Source: Minisyncoccota bacterium | GTDB taxonomy: Bacteria > Patescibacteriota > Minisyncoccia > UBA6257 > GWB1-50-10 | DNA: 64,000 bases | NCBI GenBank assembly: GCA_020059585.1 | Contig: JAGVBU010000002.1 | Span: 27,566-91,565, forward strand | Direction of reading: 5' to 3' | Shown here: positions 9,801 to 19,580 of the stretch, in pieces | Layout: each line of letters opens with the position of its first letter | How positions within the stretch are numbered: position 1 is the first letter of the stretch | Made by a program: the position numbers and the translations under genes | The notes under the pieces: generated by a model | The model's input: only the letters and a program-made list of their open reading frames with translations | What the model was told of the DNA's origin: nothing | The model's database searches: none

Positions 9801-10317
9801 TTGCCGCCGACTGAAGCGCCGCCTCAACTTTGAGGAACGATTCCGTCGGGACAACTACTACACCACCCCCCGTTGAAGTTCCGCCTCCCATGGAAGCGAT
9901 TTTCGCTCGGGTGATGGGTCCAAAGTAACCGGACGCCGGAGAAACTCCGTTTGCCGCCTGCCACTTTGCAAGTGCAGCCTTCGTCGCAGGTCCGAAATAT
10001 GATGACTCATTTCCCGGTGATCCCGCGCCCGACGCGCTGACCTGAGCGCCATTTGCATTCAAGAACTGCTGGAGGGCCTTCACTTCCGCACCTGTTGACC
10101 CAAGAGTGAGGTTCTGGGTAAACGCGTACGAAGTACTCACACTGCCGGTTCCTCCCTGCTGTGCCTGAAGCTGCGCTACTAATGCCGTTAATTGGGCAAT
10201 CTGCGCTAACAAAGCATTGATATCAACGCTCTGCGCTTGTGTGTTCGGAACAGCCATCGTCACAGCAACAACTGCTGCGAGTCCAACTGTTACGATTTTT
10301 TTCATTAATCTACTCAT
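6859..10317 (-). CDS. Large (1152 aa) secreted cell-surface protein. Signal peptide, coiled-coil linker, peptidoglycan-binding domain (PG_binding_1-like), then a long Ser/Thr-rich beta-rich region.
   Basis: N-terminal MSRLMKKIVTVGLAAVVAVTMAVPNTQAQS. Peptidoglycan-binding repeat block LTLGSTGAEVKALQQFL...YFGPATKAALAKWQAANGV...GYFGPITRAKI. A strong hairpin terminator at 6815-6845 follows the stop. Confidence 0.8.
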   Translation of the reverse strand: MSRLMKKIVTVGLAAVVAVTMAVPNTQAQSVDINALLAQIAQLTALVAQLQAQQGGTGSVSTSYAFTQNLTLGSTGAEVKALQQFLNANGAQVSASGAGSPGNESSYFGPATKAALAKWQAANGVSPASGYFGPITRAKIASMGGGTSTGGGVVVVPTESFLKVEAALQSAASLPSGSLYNKVLTLKLTAGKDGATVTGVTVTRGGYVANTKITGVSLWDDAGTRYGNIITALTADGKALISFSGSPIVLGAGQSKNVYVAINIDSAVTSGTVNFSVASASDVTVSNSVPVQGNFPVSGTTFTLVDGSASLGDVRIDDQAVSGLSVTTGDGNIEVGQTDREIFKVQLNQNNSKEAIRLEKITLYAEGTIRDTDFKNWKLYSPEGNVLATTEKSVDRYVTFVLTTPYTIDKGLSKTLTVKADVVDGSGYYTRLSIQNDYDVVVKGVTTGGAIQPKDSSGNELTQSDTQNTNGYFKVKSGLLTISKAAGSPSGSVAPSSQNVVLAKFDLKSAGEKLEIRKIGLQISYDTTSGAKALTGTVNVKDATTGETYLSISADTTGLQATSSVTTSTLDTYLHNLSSYINVEAGATKTIEVTGTISSSAASTDDYTAKVGRFYTKRYSTNDFTYLADSVYSGNQITVGDVTLTVTKNAAFANTNRAKSATNVKIGEFVLQASSADDVRVNTISFDVASSSYIQNMKLMDGATQLGSTIGTPSASSNSFTLNLTIAKSQSKVLSLYADVLSSATENDSFYASVASAGVSGYGVSSSKSLESTPSAALALQSITVKAPSLTIAADSSKPTSKIVLAGQTGVELNKIRLEASNEDLELRKITLQLLSASSTWKTATSTAPNFAMVYLYDGSTLLQSASVNSVTGKVLFALDSSKYVTLPQSQQKVLTLKADVSGSGILEPTSVVAVMVNSSSTDDMEVYSSQGQLAEGSITVTSSSTSNYFLFHDAAPTITNALSNATGKIGQSTDVVGKFTIANSAPAGGRTLTLESFAVVASLSLSPSSSSSVTNFRLYDEADQLVATSAATTIYGYGVTASSTATVTFASTSGAWVTQEIGANSSKTYTVKADTSNIESAVSNAGTTNTTLSLKVDGTKGYLSTDGSTGPEYYWNTGGVVYRYTQATTGTEFGSNSASDSYPVDGATLSY

Positions 10318-10895
10318 TTTTATTCGATTCTTTATCGTTTTTTTAATTTTTTCGACAGATTTTATCGATTCATCCCCTCACACATGAAGCGTATTAATAC
10401 CCTTCACGGAGATGATAAACCGTCGACCTTTTCTCTGCGCGAGGCAGAATGATTCCGGACACTACATGCCCTCTTTTCGACCCCCGCCGAATTTTTATCG
10501 TACGAGGAAAAAGAACATAAAGTGGTTGATATTGATTGGAAATAACAAAAAACTCGCTTATGGAGCGAGCGCGAGCAATATACCCAAAACACCCTGACGA
10601 AAGCGAAGCCCTTTGGGCCTGGCCTTTTCCGGTATACGAGTAGATTGCCTCACGTTTGGCCTCACTCCAAACCTTCGGCGAAGATAATGCAAAGGTCCAC
10701 ACAAACCCATGCCTCACCTTCTTCATGGAGTATTATACCATACTCCAACTTTTTTACAATGTGCTCGAAAAACCGATTCTTATCTCAAACCGACCTTTCG
10801 GGCCTCATATATATAACGAAATAAAGGGTTTCCTGTTACGGCACATTACGACATATCACAACGGATACATTACAACGCGTGAAACGCATTTCCCC

Positions 10896-10939
10896 AATTA
10901 TTACATTTTCCCCGCGATCGCGGGGAAAATGTAATAATT
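10896..10939. repeat. 44-nt perfect palindrome, aattattacattttcccc-gcgatcgc-ggggaaaatgtaataatt, ending 1 nt before the stop codon of the 10941-11699 gene.
   Basis: Read directly: both arms are exact reverse complements around the GCGATCGC centre. Confidence 0.8.
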
Positions 10940-10940
10940 C

Positions 10941-11699
10941 TTAAATAGTCCACTGAGACAGCGAAAAAACGAGGAGGGTCCCCAGCAAAAAGATCGAGAT
11001 TTCCCTTAAAAACATCTTTTTTGAGGATATTCCCAAGATGTGCATTATTACAAGGTTTTTCAGCGTAAGCGCGAAAAGGGAGGCAAAAATCGCCATGTGG
11101 ATAACTCCTATCGGAAGAAAGCTTCCTATAATGAAGAGTTCCACAAAAAAGAGGCCAAATACGACCGAAAAAGAGGTGGTTCTGCGCGGAAAGTGCACCT
11201 TTGTAAATCTCAAAAACTCGCCCATAAGGAGCGCGGAGGCGGCAAAAAGAGGCGCGTACCAGAACCACGACGTAGTGAGCGCAAGACCCCCGAATACAAG
11301 CGCGCTTATGAAAATGACCGCGGTGTGAAGCACCCCGTATATCCCCTTTCTATCCTCAAAAAGAAAGTTTCCCGTGCCGACCACGAGAAAAAAAACGGCA
11401 AGAAACGAGCTTATGATTGCTGTCCATACGATGCCCGGAGACACAAACGAAAGAAAGCGGTCTGTATAGGATATTCCCACCATATACGCGAAAATGACCG
11501 TCCAAAAAGACCATCGCACCGCTCTGCGGTCCGGCATTTTCGAATAAATAAAAAGGCAGGCGCATAGCGCGCATAGAGCCAAAAGCGCAGGCGCGACACC
11601 TGCGGCATATATTCCTATTAAACCCGACACAACGATCGCGCTAACGTACGATCTCAATGCGATCGGGTTTCCGAAGTATGATCTTAATCTTTGCACCAT
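10941..11699 (-). CDS. Hypothetical multi-pass integral membrane protein.
   Basis: 252 aa with about 8 hydrophobic segments and no recognisable catalytic motif. Confidence 0.5.
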   Translation of the reverse strand: MVQRLRSYFGNPIALRSYVSAIVVSGLIGIYAAGVAPALLALCALCACLFIYSKMPDRRAVRWSFWTVIFAYMVGISYTDRFLSFVSPGIVWTAIISSFLAVFFLVVGTGNFLFEDRKGIYGVLHTAVIFISALVFGGLALTTSWFWYAPLFAASALLMGEFLRFTKVHFPRRTTSFSVVFGLFFVELFIIGSFLPIGVIHMAIFASLFALTLKNLVIMHILGISSKKMFLREISIFLLGTLLVFSLSQWTI

Positions 11700-14307
11700 C
11701 GTGTATTCCTTCTCTGATTATAACGTCCGCGAGCGCATCCACAATACGCTTCTGAATAAGGCGCTTCAGAGGACGCGCGCCGTATTCCCTGTCGAATCCG
11801 TGATCTCCAAGATATTTTTTCACGTCTTCCGAAATTGTGATGCGCATTCCCCGCGATTCAACGCGCCGCACCACGTCCTTAAGCTGAATGTCCACGATAT
11901 TCCGTATATCCTGTCGCGTCAACGCGTTGAAGATGATGATTTCGTCGAGACGATTCAAAAATTCCGGCTTGAAAGTATCTCTCAGCGCCCCCATCACTTT
12001 TCCGTGGAAGGTGTCTTCCGTTCTTTTCATTTCGTTCACCTCATCCGACGTTTCGAATCCTATTGAGGACATCTGGCTAAAGTATCCGCTTCCCACGTTC
12101 GACGTGAGAATGATGACGGTATTCTTAAAATTGACGGTCTTTCCCCTTCCATCCGTGAGGCGTCCGTTGTCGAGGATCTGGAGGAGAATATTAAATACCT
12201 CGGGATGCGCCTTCTCTATTTCATCAAAAAGAATGAGGCTGTAGGGCCGATGACGCACAATCTCCGTGAGCTGTCCTCCATCCTCGTGTCCCACATATCC
12301 CGGAGGAGAACCGATAAGACGCGCCGTCGCGTGGCGTTCCATATATTCAGACATATCAATGCGCACAAGCGCTTTTTCATCATTAAACATAAATTCCGCG
12401 ACCGCTTTTGCGAGTTCGGTTTTTCCGACACCCGTCGGGCCGAGAAATATAAATGAACCCGCGGGACGGTTCTCGTCCGCGAGCCCCGCGCGCGAACGAC
12501 GGAGAGCACGGGCAATCGATTCGATTGCCGCGCGCTGTCCCACCACGCGCTCCTCGAGCGCCTCCTCGAGACGCATCAGTTTTCCCGCCTCTGATTCGAG
12601 CATCTTCATTACGGGAATTCCCGTCCATCGCGACACCACTCCCGCGATATCTTCCTCATCAACCACCTCTTTCACAAATCTTTTTTCAGGAGATTTTTTT
12701 CCATTTTTTCCCGTACCCGATTTTTTCGAAGTTTTTCCTCCCTTTTCTATATTTTTATACTCTTTCTCCGCAAGCGGCAGTTCTCCATACATAATCTTCG
12801 CGACGCGCTCGAAATTTCCCTCGCGTTCGGCGACCTCCGCCTCGTGTCGAAGGGTCTCAATACGCGTGCGGAGCGTGTGAAGCTCCTCTACGCCCTTCTT
12901 TTCCCCATCCCACTGCGTTGAGAGCGTCTTATTTCTCTCCTTCAGCTGTTTCAGTTCCTTTTCTATTTCTTTTACGCGGGCGGGCTTCTTTTTCCCTCCT
13001 CCCTGCTTCAGCGCCGATCGCTCAATCTCAAGACGGGAAATCTCTTTCCGTATTTCTTCAAGCTCGCGAGGCATACTGTCCGATTCAAGGCGGATTGCCG
13101 CGGCCGCCTCATCGATAAGATCCACCGCTTTATCAGGAAGAAATCTGTCCGTGATATATCGCGCGCCGAGATTCACTGCCGCGATAATCGCGTCATCGGA
13201 AATCTTCAGTCCATGATGTGATTCATATTTTTCCTTGAGTCCCCTGAGAATCGCGATTGAATCCTCAATCGTCGGCTCTTCCACGAGCACGGGCTGGAAA
13301 CGGCGTTCGAGCGCCGCGTCTTTTTCTATGTGTTTTTGATATTCCTTGAGTGTCGTCGCCCCAATCGCGTGAAGCTCTCCACGCGCGAGCGCGGGTTTCA
13401 GCATATTGGAGGCATCAATCGCTCCTTCGGCCGCGCCGGCTCCCACAATCATATGTATCTCATCGATAAAAAGAATAAATTTTCCTTCCGCGCGTCCGAT
13501 CTCCTTCAAAAACGCCTTCAGGCGATCCTCAAACTCTCCGCGAAATTTCGTTCCCGCGACAAGCGAGCCGAGGTCGAGAGAAAGCACCTCCTTTCCCTTG
13601 AGCGATTCGGGAACGTCTCCCGCGACAATCTTCTGCGCAAGCCCCTCGACAACCGCCGTTTTCCCCACGCCCGGCTCTCCAATAAGCACGGGATTGTTTT
13701 TTGTCCGGCGGGAGAGTATCTGCATAACGCGACGCAACTCCTCTTCCCTTCCTATCACCGGATCAAGCTGTCCCGCAAGCGCCTTCTTCGTGAGATTTAT
13801 GGCGTATTTTTCAAGCACCCTGAATTTTGTTTCCGGCGTCTCGTCTGTTACTTTCACGGACCCGCGAAGCGCCTCAAAACTTTTTCGGAGCGTCTCTTTC
13901 GTCGCGCCCGCTTGTATGAGCATCTCCTGCGCGCGCGAAGGAATTTCGGAAAGTCCTATGAGAATATGTTCGCATGATACAAAATCATCTCCCCCTTCGT
14001 GCGCGACGCGTCCCGCGCGATCAAGAATGCGCATCAGCTCCTGCGAGAGATAAAACTGTCCCAGCGATCCCTGCGCCATCTGGATCTTCGGAAGAATTTC
14101 CACTTCGCGGATCGTCGCCTGAAGAAATTGCGGAACCGCGACACCGCTTTCCTCAAGCATCGCCTGCGAAAGAGTCTGCTCATCACTTGCGATCGCGTGA
14201 AGCACATGTACCGCTTTCAGCTCACCCTGATTGAACCGCGCGGCAAGCTCTTGCGCGTTTTGAAGCGCTTCCTGCGCTTTTATAGTAAATTTTTGAAAGT
14301 TAGGCAT
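11641..14307 (-). CDS. clpB: ATP-dependent chaperone ClpB (AAA+ disaggregase).
   Basis: 888 aa. N-domain, two AAA modules ([15 protein letters not shown] and [13 protein letters not shown]), a long coiled-coil middle domain, and the IDMSEY and GARPLKR motifs. Confidence 0.95.
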   Translation of the reverse strand: MPNFQKFTIKAQEALQNAQELAARFNQGELKAVHVLHAIASDEQTLSQAMLEESGVAVPQFLQATIREVEILPKIQMAQGSLGQFYLSQELMRILDRAGRVAHEGGDDFVSCEHILIGLSEIPSRAQEMLIQAGATKETLRKSFEALRGSVKVTDETPETKFRVLEKYAINLTKKALAGQLDPVIGREEELRRVMQILSRRTKNNPVLIGEPGVGKTAVVEGLAQKIVAGDVPESLKGKEVLSLDLGSLVAGTKFRGEFEDRLKAFLKEIGRAEGKFILFIDEIHMIVGAGAAEGAIDASNMLKPALARGELHAIGATTLKEYQKHIEKDAALERRFQPVLVEEPTIEDSIAILRGLKEKYESHHGLKISDDAIIAAVNLGARYITDRFLPDKAVDLIDEAAAAIRLESDSMPRELEEIRKEISRLEIERSALKQGGGKKKPARVKEIEKELKQLKERNKTLSTQWDGEKKGVEELHTLRTRIETLRHEAEVAEREGNFERVAKIMYGELPLAEKEYKNIEKGGKTSKKSGTGKNGKKSPEKRFVKEVVDEEDIAGVVSRWTGIPVMKMLESEAGKLMRLEEALEERVVGQRAAIESIARALRRSRAGLADENRPAGSFIFLGPTGVGKTELAKAVAEFMFNDEKALVRIDMSEYMERHATARLIGSPPGYVGHEDGGQLTEIVRHRPYSLILFDEIEKAHPEVFNILLQILDNGRLTDGRGKTVNFKNTVIILTSNVGSGYFSQMSSIGFETSDEVNEMKRTEDTFHGKVMGALRDTFKPEFLNRLDEIIIFNALTRQDIRNIVDIQLKDVVRRVESRGMRITISEDVKKYLGDHGFDREYGARPLKRLIQKRIVDALADVIIREGIHDGAKIKIILRKPDRIEIVR

Positions 14308-14462
14308 AGTAATTACTCTGTAATAAACAACTCACAATAACCACTGTTCATAAAACTGCGTTGTACGATATTTTCACGAAGGCTAAGACTTGGGCGTCGC
14401 CCCGGAGACAGCCTGAGTAAAAATATCAGACAACATTACATTGTGCTATCAGTATAGCAAAA

Positions 14463-14497
14463 TGTAAAAAATTGGCAAACTCAATGTCTGAGTGCTA
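14463..14497 (-). terminator. Hairpin plus U-run terminator for htrA.
   Basis: Minus strand reads gcactcagacattgagtttgc (an imperfect stem) followed by caattttttacatttt. Confidence 0.5.
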
Positions 14498-14508
14498 ATA
14501 TACGCGCG

Positions 14509-15807
14509 CTATTCTTCAGGACGTTCCGCGAGCGTCGCGTAAAGCGTGAGCGTTTCATCTCCCCTCCGAACGGAGAGTGAGATCTTTTCACCCACGCGAT
14601 ATTTCTGGAGCACCGTTCCCAGAACCTTACCTTCCTCAAGAGACTCTCCATTCACCGCAATGATAATATCTTCCGCCCGGAGTCCCGCGTTTTCCGCGGG
14701 AGATCCCGGAATTACCGCGGGACCCTCCTCCGTGCCGCGAATAAGCGCTCCATATGAAACCGGAAGCTTCTGTGATTCCTTAAGCGTTTCAGTGATCGCG
14801 ATATATCGAACTCCGAGATAGGTCGATTTTATCGTACCTGTTTCCTTTACCGAATTGATCGCTCGGCGCGCCTGATTTACCGGAATCGCAAATCCGATGT
14901 TCTGCGCCCCCGACACAATCGCCGTATTAATTCCAATAACCTCTCCCTTGAGATTTAGGAGGGGTCCTCCCGAATTTCCCTGATTGATTGCCGCGTCTGT
15001 TTGTATCACTCCCTCTATCTTCTCCGAAAATCCCTGCGTGTTTCCCGCGGTAATACTCCGCGAAAGTCCGGAAATGACGCCCACAGACACCGTATTTCTG
15101 AATTCGCCAAGCGCGTTTCCTATCGCGATCGCGGTCTGCCCGAGTTTTATAGAATCCGAGTCTCCTATTGTCGCGACGGGGAGATTCGACGCGGAAATCC
15201 TCAGCACCGCGAGATCGTTTACCGGATCCTGCGCGAGAACTTTTGCGTCGTATTTTTTCCCATCGTTTGTGAACACGGTGTATTCCGCGTTTTTATCCAT
15301 CACCACGTGTTTGTTCGTGACGATAAGCCCATCAGGAGACACGATAAATCCCGAACCGCCTCCCACTTCCTGTTTTTTTGTTCCCGTCTGACACTCGCTA
15401 TAAAATCCGAACCCTCCACCGAAAAAATCCCTGAACTCCGGCGGAAGATCGCTCCAAGGATTTGAGGGACAGCGTTCAATGACAGGCACATCCTTCGATA
15501 TAATGATCGACACTACGCTCTTTGACGCGGCATCAACCGCGCGCACCACCGCCTCCTCATATTCATAGACGGGCTTGTAAAGCGGTATTGGTGACGTTTC
15601 GGATTCTTCTGACATCTTCGAAACGGGAGGGTTCTTTTCCGCGGACTCGTCCGCGGGGGTTCCGGAAAAACCTTCCTTAATAAAATTCCACGCATCGCTG
15701 AAAAGACCTGCCTCTGACACGCGCGGAGATATTCCTATTCCAGCAAAGAAGATAACAACCGCGCACGCGGCCGTAGCCGCGATTTTGATTTTTTTATCTT
15801 TATTCAT
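14509..15807 (-). CDS. htrA: HtrA/DegP-family periplasmic serine protease with a C-terminal PDZ domain.
   Basis: N-terminal TM anchor. Catalytic blocks VTNKHVV, DLAVLRI, GNSGGPLLN. PDZ-like C-terminus. Confidence 0.9.
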   Translation of the reverse strand: MNKDKKIKIAATAACAVVIFFAGIGISPRVSEAGLFSDAWNFIKEGFSGTPADESAEKNPPVSKMSEESETSPIPLYKPVYEYEEAVVRAVDAASKSVVSIIISKDVPVIERCPSNPWSDLPPEFRDFFGGGFGFYSECQTGTKKQEVGGGSGFIVSPDGLIVTNKHVVMDKNAEYTVFTNDGKKYDAKVLAQDPVNDLAVLRISASNLPVATIGDSDSIKLGQTAIAIGNALGEFRNTVSVGVISGLSRSITAGNTQGFSEKIEGVIQTDAAINQGNSGGPLLNLKGEVIGINTAIVSGAQNIGFAIPVNQARRAINSVKETGTIKSTYLGVRYIAITETLKESQKLPVSYGALIRGTEEGPAVIPGSPAENAGLRAEDIIIAVNGESLEEGKVLGTVLQKYRVGEKISLSVRRGDETLTLYATLAERPEE

Positions 15808-15901
15808 AATGTTCTAAAAAAATATGCGACCCTTTCGTATGTATCATACAACAGAGCCGCACTTTTTTTCTATGTTCCTATTGTTACTACGCGACGCGCG
15901 A

Positions 15902-16692
15902 TTATTTTATTTCATATCGGAGATTCACCGTCACCGTCACCTCCTCTGATCCCGCTTCTATCGCCGGAGCAGCTACCATATCCGCGCCTCCCATTCCGTA
16001 TCCGAGCGTTTCATTCATTACCTTCGCGTTGCGATACTGAGGCGAAGGATAATATCCTCCTTCATCGATCGAAATGAGCTTTCCAACGGAGAATCCTCCC
16101 GCCTCCGCAATCTGCGCCGCCTTTTCTTTGGCTTTTTCTATCGCCTGACTCCTTGCGTCCGCAAGCACTTTTGTCGGATCATCGATTGTAAAATCGAGCT
16201 GGGAAACCGAATTTGCGCCCTCATCCACCACGCCGGAGATCATATCGCCCGCCTTATCAAAATCGCGCACCTTCACCAAGACCGACTGGCGCACGGTGTA
16301 TCCCACAATCTGCGGAGGAGGACACACGGTGCCTCCATAGACGCCACAGTTCGAATACTGATAGCGCGGCTCTACGCTGTATTGCTGGGTCTGAATATCC
16401 TTATCAGCAACACCATTCTCTTTCACGAACGCAATCGCCTTATTCACTTTTTCGACATTCTGTTCCTGCAAATCACCAAGATTTTTTCCTCCTTCGGTGA
16501 TTACGCTGAATGTGAATGTGGCTACATCAGGCACCGTGATGACTTTTCCGTCACCCGACACCGAAAACGTGCGCATTGACGCCGGATCAACTTGCTTCGC
16601 AAACGATCCCGCATACATCCACGCCGACGCTGACACGACTACAAGAGCGAATATGGTCGCCCACCCCACATAATTTTTTATTTTTTGTTCCA
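15902..16692 (-). CDS. SIMPL-domain protein (DUF541; periplasmic oxidative-stress/immunogenic protein family).
   Basis: Start taken at MEQKIKNY (16692); the longer ORF would overlap the cysteine desulfurase gene. TM anchor. SIMPL blocks: VTFSVITEG, IQTQQYSVEPRY, LRYEIK. Confidence 0.8.
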
Positions 16693-16761
16693 TAGTAGTC
16701 CAATAATAGCGTATCTGCTTTTCTTTTTCAAATTCTCGCATTTTCTTATACGATTTCTCTT

Positions 16762-18003
16762 TTACGATGAGTATCGTCCCAATATTTCCCTCAAAATTCT
16801 TCCCAACGCGCGAACATCCGCAAAAGTAGTGCCACGCCCGAAACTTATACGAACGCTTTCTTTCGCTCGCGCGTCTCCGTGCATCGCCGCCACGGTGCGT
16901 GAAGGGCGCGGCGCGCGCGCGTGGCACGCGGATCCCCCCGATACGGCAATTCCCTCCTGATCCAATTGAATAAGAAGGAGTTCACTTGGAATCCCCGGAA
17001 GCCATACATTCATTATGTGAGGACTCCCCTCGTCTTTTCTTCCTCCGTTTAATTCCGCGCGGGGATACGCGTCTCTTATGAGATCGAATGTCTTTTTTTT
17101 GAGCACGCACATTTTTTCCGCGTTTTTTTCTCTCATCGCCACGGCGGATGTCGCCGCTTCCGAAAATCCCACGATCCCCGGCACGTTCTGCGTGCCGCTT
17201 CGCATCCCAAATTCCTGACCTCCTCCCGTGATTATCGGAATGATATCTTTTTGTCGTTCGCTATCGGTTATTCCCTCTTTATTCCTTATATACAACACGC
17301 CCACCCCCTTCGGTCCGTATATTTTATGCGCCGAAAGTGTAAGAAAATCGACGCCGAGCGCGTTCACGTCGCAATCAAAATATTGAAACGCCTGAACGGC
17401 ATCACAATGGAAAAGAGGATATTTTGTTCCATAATTTTGAGTTTGCTTGTTATTTGGTTTTTGTAGTTTTGAATTCCTGAAACCTTTGATTAATTCGGAA
17501 ATTTTCACAATGGGTTGTACCGATCCGGTTTCATTATTTACATACATCACCGACACAAGAATCGTCCGATCGTCGAGCACCTTCTCTATTTTTTTTATAT
17601 CCACCGTCCCATGCTCATCCACTGGAATGATGACGCATTCGACTGCTCCGCTCTTTTCGAGCGCGCGCGCGGTCTCATACACGGATTCGTGTTCGATCGC
17701 GGAAATAATTATTTTAGGAAGCGCGTCACGGCGCGTTCCGTCCGCGTTTTCGCGGACCGCACCTACTATACCGCGAAGCACCGCGTTATTCGCCTCGGTC
17801 GCGGATCCCGTAAATATCACCTCGCGGGATTCGGCCCCCAAAAGTCCGGCCACAGCCGTGCGTGCGGCATCAAGCGTCCTCTGCGCCTCCTGTCCGAATG
17901 CATGAAGCGAGTTGGGATTTCCGAAAGACGTCGCATTCATCACCCTTCTCACCCGCGCATCAAGCGGGGAGGTCGCCGCGTAATCGAGATATATCTTCCG
18001 CAT
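16762..18003 (-). CDS. Cysteine desulfurase (NifS/IscS, class V aminotransferase).
   Basis: YLDYAATSPLD. PLP-lysine region LSAHKIYGPKGVGVLY. Active-site loop SGGSACHA. Confidence 0.9.
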   Translation of the reverse strand: MRKIYLDYAATSPLDARVRRVMNATSFGNPNSLHAFGQEAQRTLDAARTAVAGLLGAESREVIFTGSATEANNAVLRGIVGAVRENADGTRRDALPKIIISAIEHESVYETARALEKSGAVECVIIPVDEHGTVDIKKIEKVLDDRTILVSVMYVNNETGSVQPIVKISELIKGFRNSKLQKPNNKQTQNYGTKYPLFHCDAVQAFQYFDCDVNALGVDFLTLSAHKIYGPKGVGVLYIRNKEGITDSERQKDIIPIITGGGQEFGMRSGTQNVPGIVGFSEAATSAVAMREKNAEKMCVLKKKTFDLIRDAYPRAELNGGRKDEGSPHIMNVWLPGIPSELLLIQLDQEGIAVSGGSACHARAPRPSRTVAAMHGDARAKESVRISFGRGTTFADVRALGRILREILGRYSS

Positions 18004-18095
18004 AATTTCAGTATACGGATAATGGCATATTTTGGGGATATTGACAATTTATCTTTATATATGTTATAATTAACACAGATTATAGGAGGTGTACC

Positions 18096-18563
18096 TTGAA
18101 AAACCAAACAACTGATCAGTATCCAATTCTCGCGGTGTATTGTTTCGTCCCCGTACTCGACGATGACGGAAAAACAAAAATTCTTCTCGTTCACGACGTG
18201 GACAAAACAACCCCCCCGCTTCTTTATAAATTCCCCGGCGGACGCGTTGAGAAAGGTGAAAATCATCTCGAATGCGCACAACGGGAGGTTCACGAAGAGT
18301 GCGGAGGATCGCGAATTCCATTTGAAGCGCTTTCGGAGATAAAAAAAGTGAATGTCGAAGCGCGCGGAAACCGCATTTCTCACTCGGTGCTTTTTCTGAA
18401 AAGCAAGACTTTATTCAGAAAAGACGAACTGAAACAAGGATCCGAAGTGGTATTGAAACTCGTTGACCGCAAAACCGCGGAGATGATGCTCGCGTACGGC
18501 GAACTTGTAAAAAACCACGGCGACGTCCTGAAAGAATTTGTGCTTTCGGAGATGGAATACTGA
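18096..18563 (+). CDS. NUDIX hydrolase.
   Basis: Nudix box GGRVEKGENHLECAQREVHEECGG. Confidence 0.8.
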   Translation: MKNQTTDQYPILAVYCFVPVLDDDGKTKILLVHDVDKTTPPLLYKFPGGRVEKGENHLECAQREVHEECGGSRIPFEALSEIKKVNVEARGNRISHSVLFLKSKTLFRKDELKQGSEVVLKLVDRKTAEMMLAYGELVKNHGDVLKEFVLSEMEY

Positions 18564-18575
18564 AAAAACTTATAT

Positions 18576-18612
18576 ATGCCCCTGCGTGTCGGGGGCATTA
18601 TTTTTGTCTTTT
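18576..18612 (+). terminator. Bidirectional hairpin terminator between the convergent NUDIX and adenosyltransferase genes.
   Basis: atgcccctgcgtgtcgggggcat followed by a T-run; the reverse complement is also followed by T's. Confidence 0.65.
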
Positions 18613-19176
18613 TTATTTATACGAGGGATGCGTTTCTGAAATCCCCCGCGTATGGTTTGCATAGCGCGCGAGGGCAAAAAGAATGCTTGAAATCCTGTTA
18701 AGAAACATCATTATCTCCGCAGATACGGCGCACTGTTTCCGCATTATGACCGCATCTCGCTCCACTCTGCGGGATACGGCGCGCGCGATATCGATGCGCG
18801 CGGAAAGCTCACATCCTCCGGAAATAATAAATTGCGTTATGGGAGGAATATACGCATCGATTTCCCTTATCACCTCCTCAAGATACGCGACGTGTTCCGA
18901 TGATATCTTTTTGGAAGAAGGATAGTCGAAAAGAGCTCCCGCGATTTCCGCCTGCATTATAAAAAGTATTTCCTGCATCCGCCGGAGCACGGTGTGACAT
19001 GAAATCTTCTCATCAGAAATGCCGGCCTCGGCAGCGACACCGCACCATCCAAGTATGGAGTTTAATTCATCAAGTGATCCGAGAAATCCCAAAACGGGAT
19101 GATCTTTTTCAACTTTCTTTTTTCCTACGACACTCTCTCCTCCGTCTCCGTTTCCCGTAAAAAAAACCGTATTCAT
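18613..19176 (-). CDS. PduO-type ATP:cob(I)alamin adenosyltransferase (MMAB family).
   Basis: N-terminal FTGNGDGGES...GKKKVEKDHPVLGFLGSLDELNSILG matches the PduO-type N-terminal signature. 187 aa. Confidence 0.65.
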   Translation of the reverse strand: MNTVFFTGNGDGGESVVGKKKVEKDHPVLGFLGSLDELNSILGWCGVAAEAGISDEKISCHTVLRRMQEILFIMQAEIAGALFDYPSSKKISSEHVAYLEEVIREIDAYIPPITQFIISGGCELSARIDIARAVSRRVERDAVIMRKQCAVSAEIMMFLNRISSILFALARYANHTRGISETHPSYK

Positions 19177-19212
19177 ATCATAATTATTGTATCACTGTGC
19201 ACTCCCCGCATA

Positions 19213-19247
19213 AAAACCCCACCTTTCCATGGAAAGGTGGGGTTTTA
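19213..19247 (-). terminator. Rho-independent terminator after the 19260-19568 gene.
   Basis: aaaaaccccacctttccatggaaaggtggggtttt: a perfect GC stem flanked by A/T runs. Confidence 0.75.
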
Positions 19248-19259
19248 CAGGATGAAATC

Positions 19260-19568
19260 CTATAAGTTGTTCAAATCTTGGTCGATCTGTTCAAACTCTT
19301 TTTCGAGATCTCCCGTATCAATGCTCTCCAATTCCTGTTGGATGACAGGGGTTGTGTCCTCGAGCGTCCCTTCGGGAACCTCAGGAGACACATTGGTCGG
19401 CACTTCCGCGTTCTCAAGATCCGTCATCGCGGGCTCCTCGCCACCTCCCATCTGCCACCATGCAATCGCAAGCACAAGAATAATCACCACCGCAATGATA
19501 ATCAACGTTGTCTTTGATTTCTTTTGTGGCATATCGACGGGAACCTGTCCGTTATTCATTTGGTCCAT
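19260..19568 (-). CDS. Hypothetical small acidic protein with a single TM anchor.
   Basis: 102 aa. TM segment TTLIIIAVVIILVLAIAWW, then a Glu/Asp-rich tail. Confidence 0.45.
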   Translation of the reverse strand: MDQMNNGQVPVDMPQKKSKTTLIIIAVVIILVLAIAWWQMGGGEEPAMTDLENAEVPTNVSPEVPEGTLEDTTPVIQQELESIDTGDLEKEFEQIDQDLNNL

Positions 19569-19580
19569 ATGACTCGTGTG

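Noticed and set aside
6859-10317. Diversity-generating retroelement targeting the large surface proteins (also 49694-54253).
   Set aside because: No reverse-transcriptase ORF (YxDD motif) and no template/variable repeat pair were found anywhere in the window.
10318-10940. A structured ncRNA (RNase P RNA, SRP RNA, tmRNA) or the small ORFs 10394-10726, 10404-10592, 10412-10597 and 10656-10934 in the long ORF-free gap.
   Set aside because: No conserved cores were found (GGAAAGTCCGG for RNase P, GGAAGCAGCC-type for SRP, the tmRNA tag region). The ORFs have no recognisable motifs or start context. Kept only as a long leader or unknown region.
11701-14340. Antisense ORFs within clpB (e.g. 12266-12880, 13330-13977, 13406-14053) and similar antisense ORFs inside the CapD, surface-protein, ligA and other long genes.
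   Set aside because: They are fully embedded opposite well-supported conserved genes and show low-complexity (Ser/Arg/Pro-rich) translations typical of antisense frames.
14463-14500. CIRCE-like (HrcA operator) inverted repeat upstream of clpB: ttggcaaactc...gagtgctaa.
   Set aside because: Only the right half-site (GAGTGCTAA) matches consensus. The left half is degenerate and the spacing is 7 rather than 9. The structure is better explained as the htrA hairpin+U-run terminator.
15902-16927. Long N-terminal extension of the SIMPL-domain ORF (start at 16927) overlapping the cysteine desulfurase gene.
   Set aside because: The extension is Arg-rich and lacks homology. The conserved protein begins at MEQKIKNY (16692), which gives a normal signal-anchor.
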